Assembly (NCBI GenBank): GCA_015231265.1
Contig: JADGBX010000003.1
Coordinates: forward strand, 2,829-66,828
Direction: 5' to 3'
Length of the DNA: 64,000 nucleotides
Source: Magnetococcales bacterium
GTDB lineage: Bacteria > Pseudomonadota > Magnetococcia > Magnetococcales > JADGBX01
In this document: positions 63,972 to 64,000 of the stretch, one piece after another
Numbering within the stretch: the stretch's first letter is position 1
Layout: each line of letters begins with the position of its first letter
Translations under genes and position numbers: made by a program
Notes under the pieces: model-generated
What the model was told of the DNA's origin: nothing
Databases searched by the model: none
The model's input: only the letters and a program-made list of their open reading frames with translations

Positions 63972-64000
63972 GGCAATCAGGCTATCGGTGTTGGTAATGC

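Noticed and set aside
1-64000. CRISPR arrays, rRNA genes and tRNA genes
   Set aside because: The repeated motifs found (MITE ends, the 18-bp, 45-bp and 63-bp tandem repeats) are not regularly spaced repeat-spacer arrays. I saw no rRNA-like or cloverleaf-compatible sequence in the intergenic regions.

Overview
This 64 kb window comes from a diderm (Gram-negative) bacterium. TolC-family proteins, an autotransporter and a two-partner-secretion set show this, but there is no rRNA, tRNA or other taxonomic marker, so I do not name an organism. The window is gene dense and dominated by envelope and secretion functions. I found no CRISPR array.

Gene order along the window:
- a LuxR-type regulator and a decayed transposase
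- an autotransporter followed by a TPR-sulfotransferase (one operon)
- a LuxR solo inside an AT-rich patch
- a GGDEF cyclase
- an orphan TolC + MFP pair
- tex, yaiI and a sigma54-type two-component system
- a Na/Pi cotransporter
- a TpsB / CHAT protease / TpsA / TPR-OmpA operon
- a parvulin, a caspase-DUF4384 protein and an IalB-like protein
- a small AT-rich islet (IS3 remnant, IHF-like gene, cupin, DUF1847-like gene)
- a TolC-SPOR / giant DUF4347 protein / MFP / M50 set
- an Arn-like glycolipid-modification cluster (AsnB-like, GT-C, B12 radical SAM, formyltransferase, ArnD-like, ArnC-like)

The strongest candidate for an undescribed system lies at about 41.4-51.8 kb. It has an outer membrane factor, three membrane-fusion (HlyD-type) modules and an intact site-2-protease (M50) membrane protein sitting where an ABC, RND or MFS pump would normally be. 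It is tightly coupled to a giant surface-type protein whose reading frame runs straight into one of the MFP modules.

The second candidate is the TPS operon, which has a signal-peptide-bearing TPR-CHAT protease and a double-length TpsB.

A family of TA-flanked MITE-like elements (terminal motif GGGCGTGTCCTCAAT) is scattered through the intergenic DNA. In three places the end of an element coincides with a host gene's stop codon.

All functional calls come from reading motifs in the supplied translations. No database search was run.
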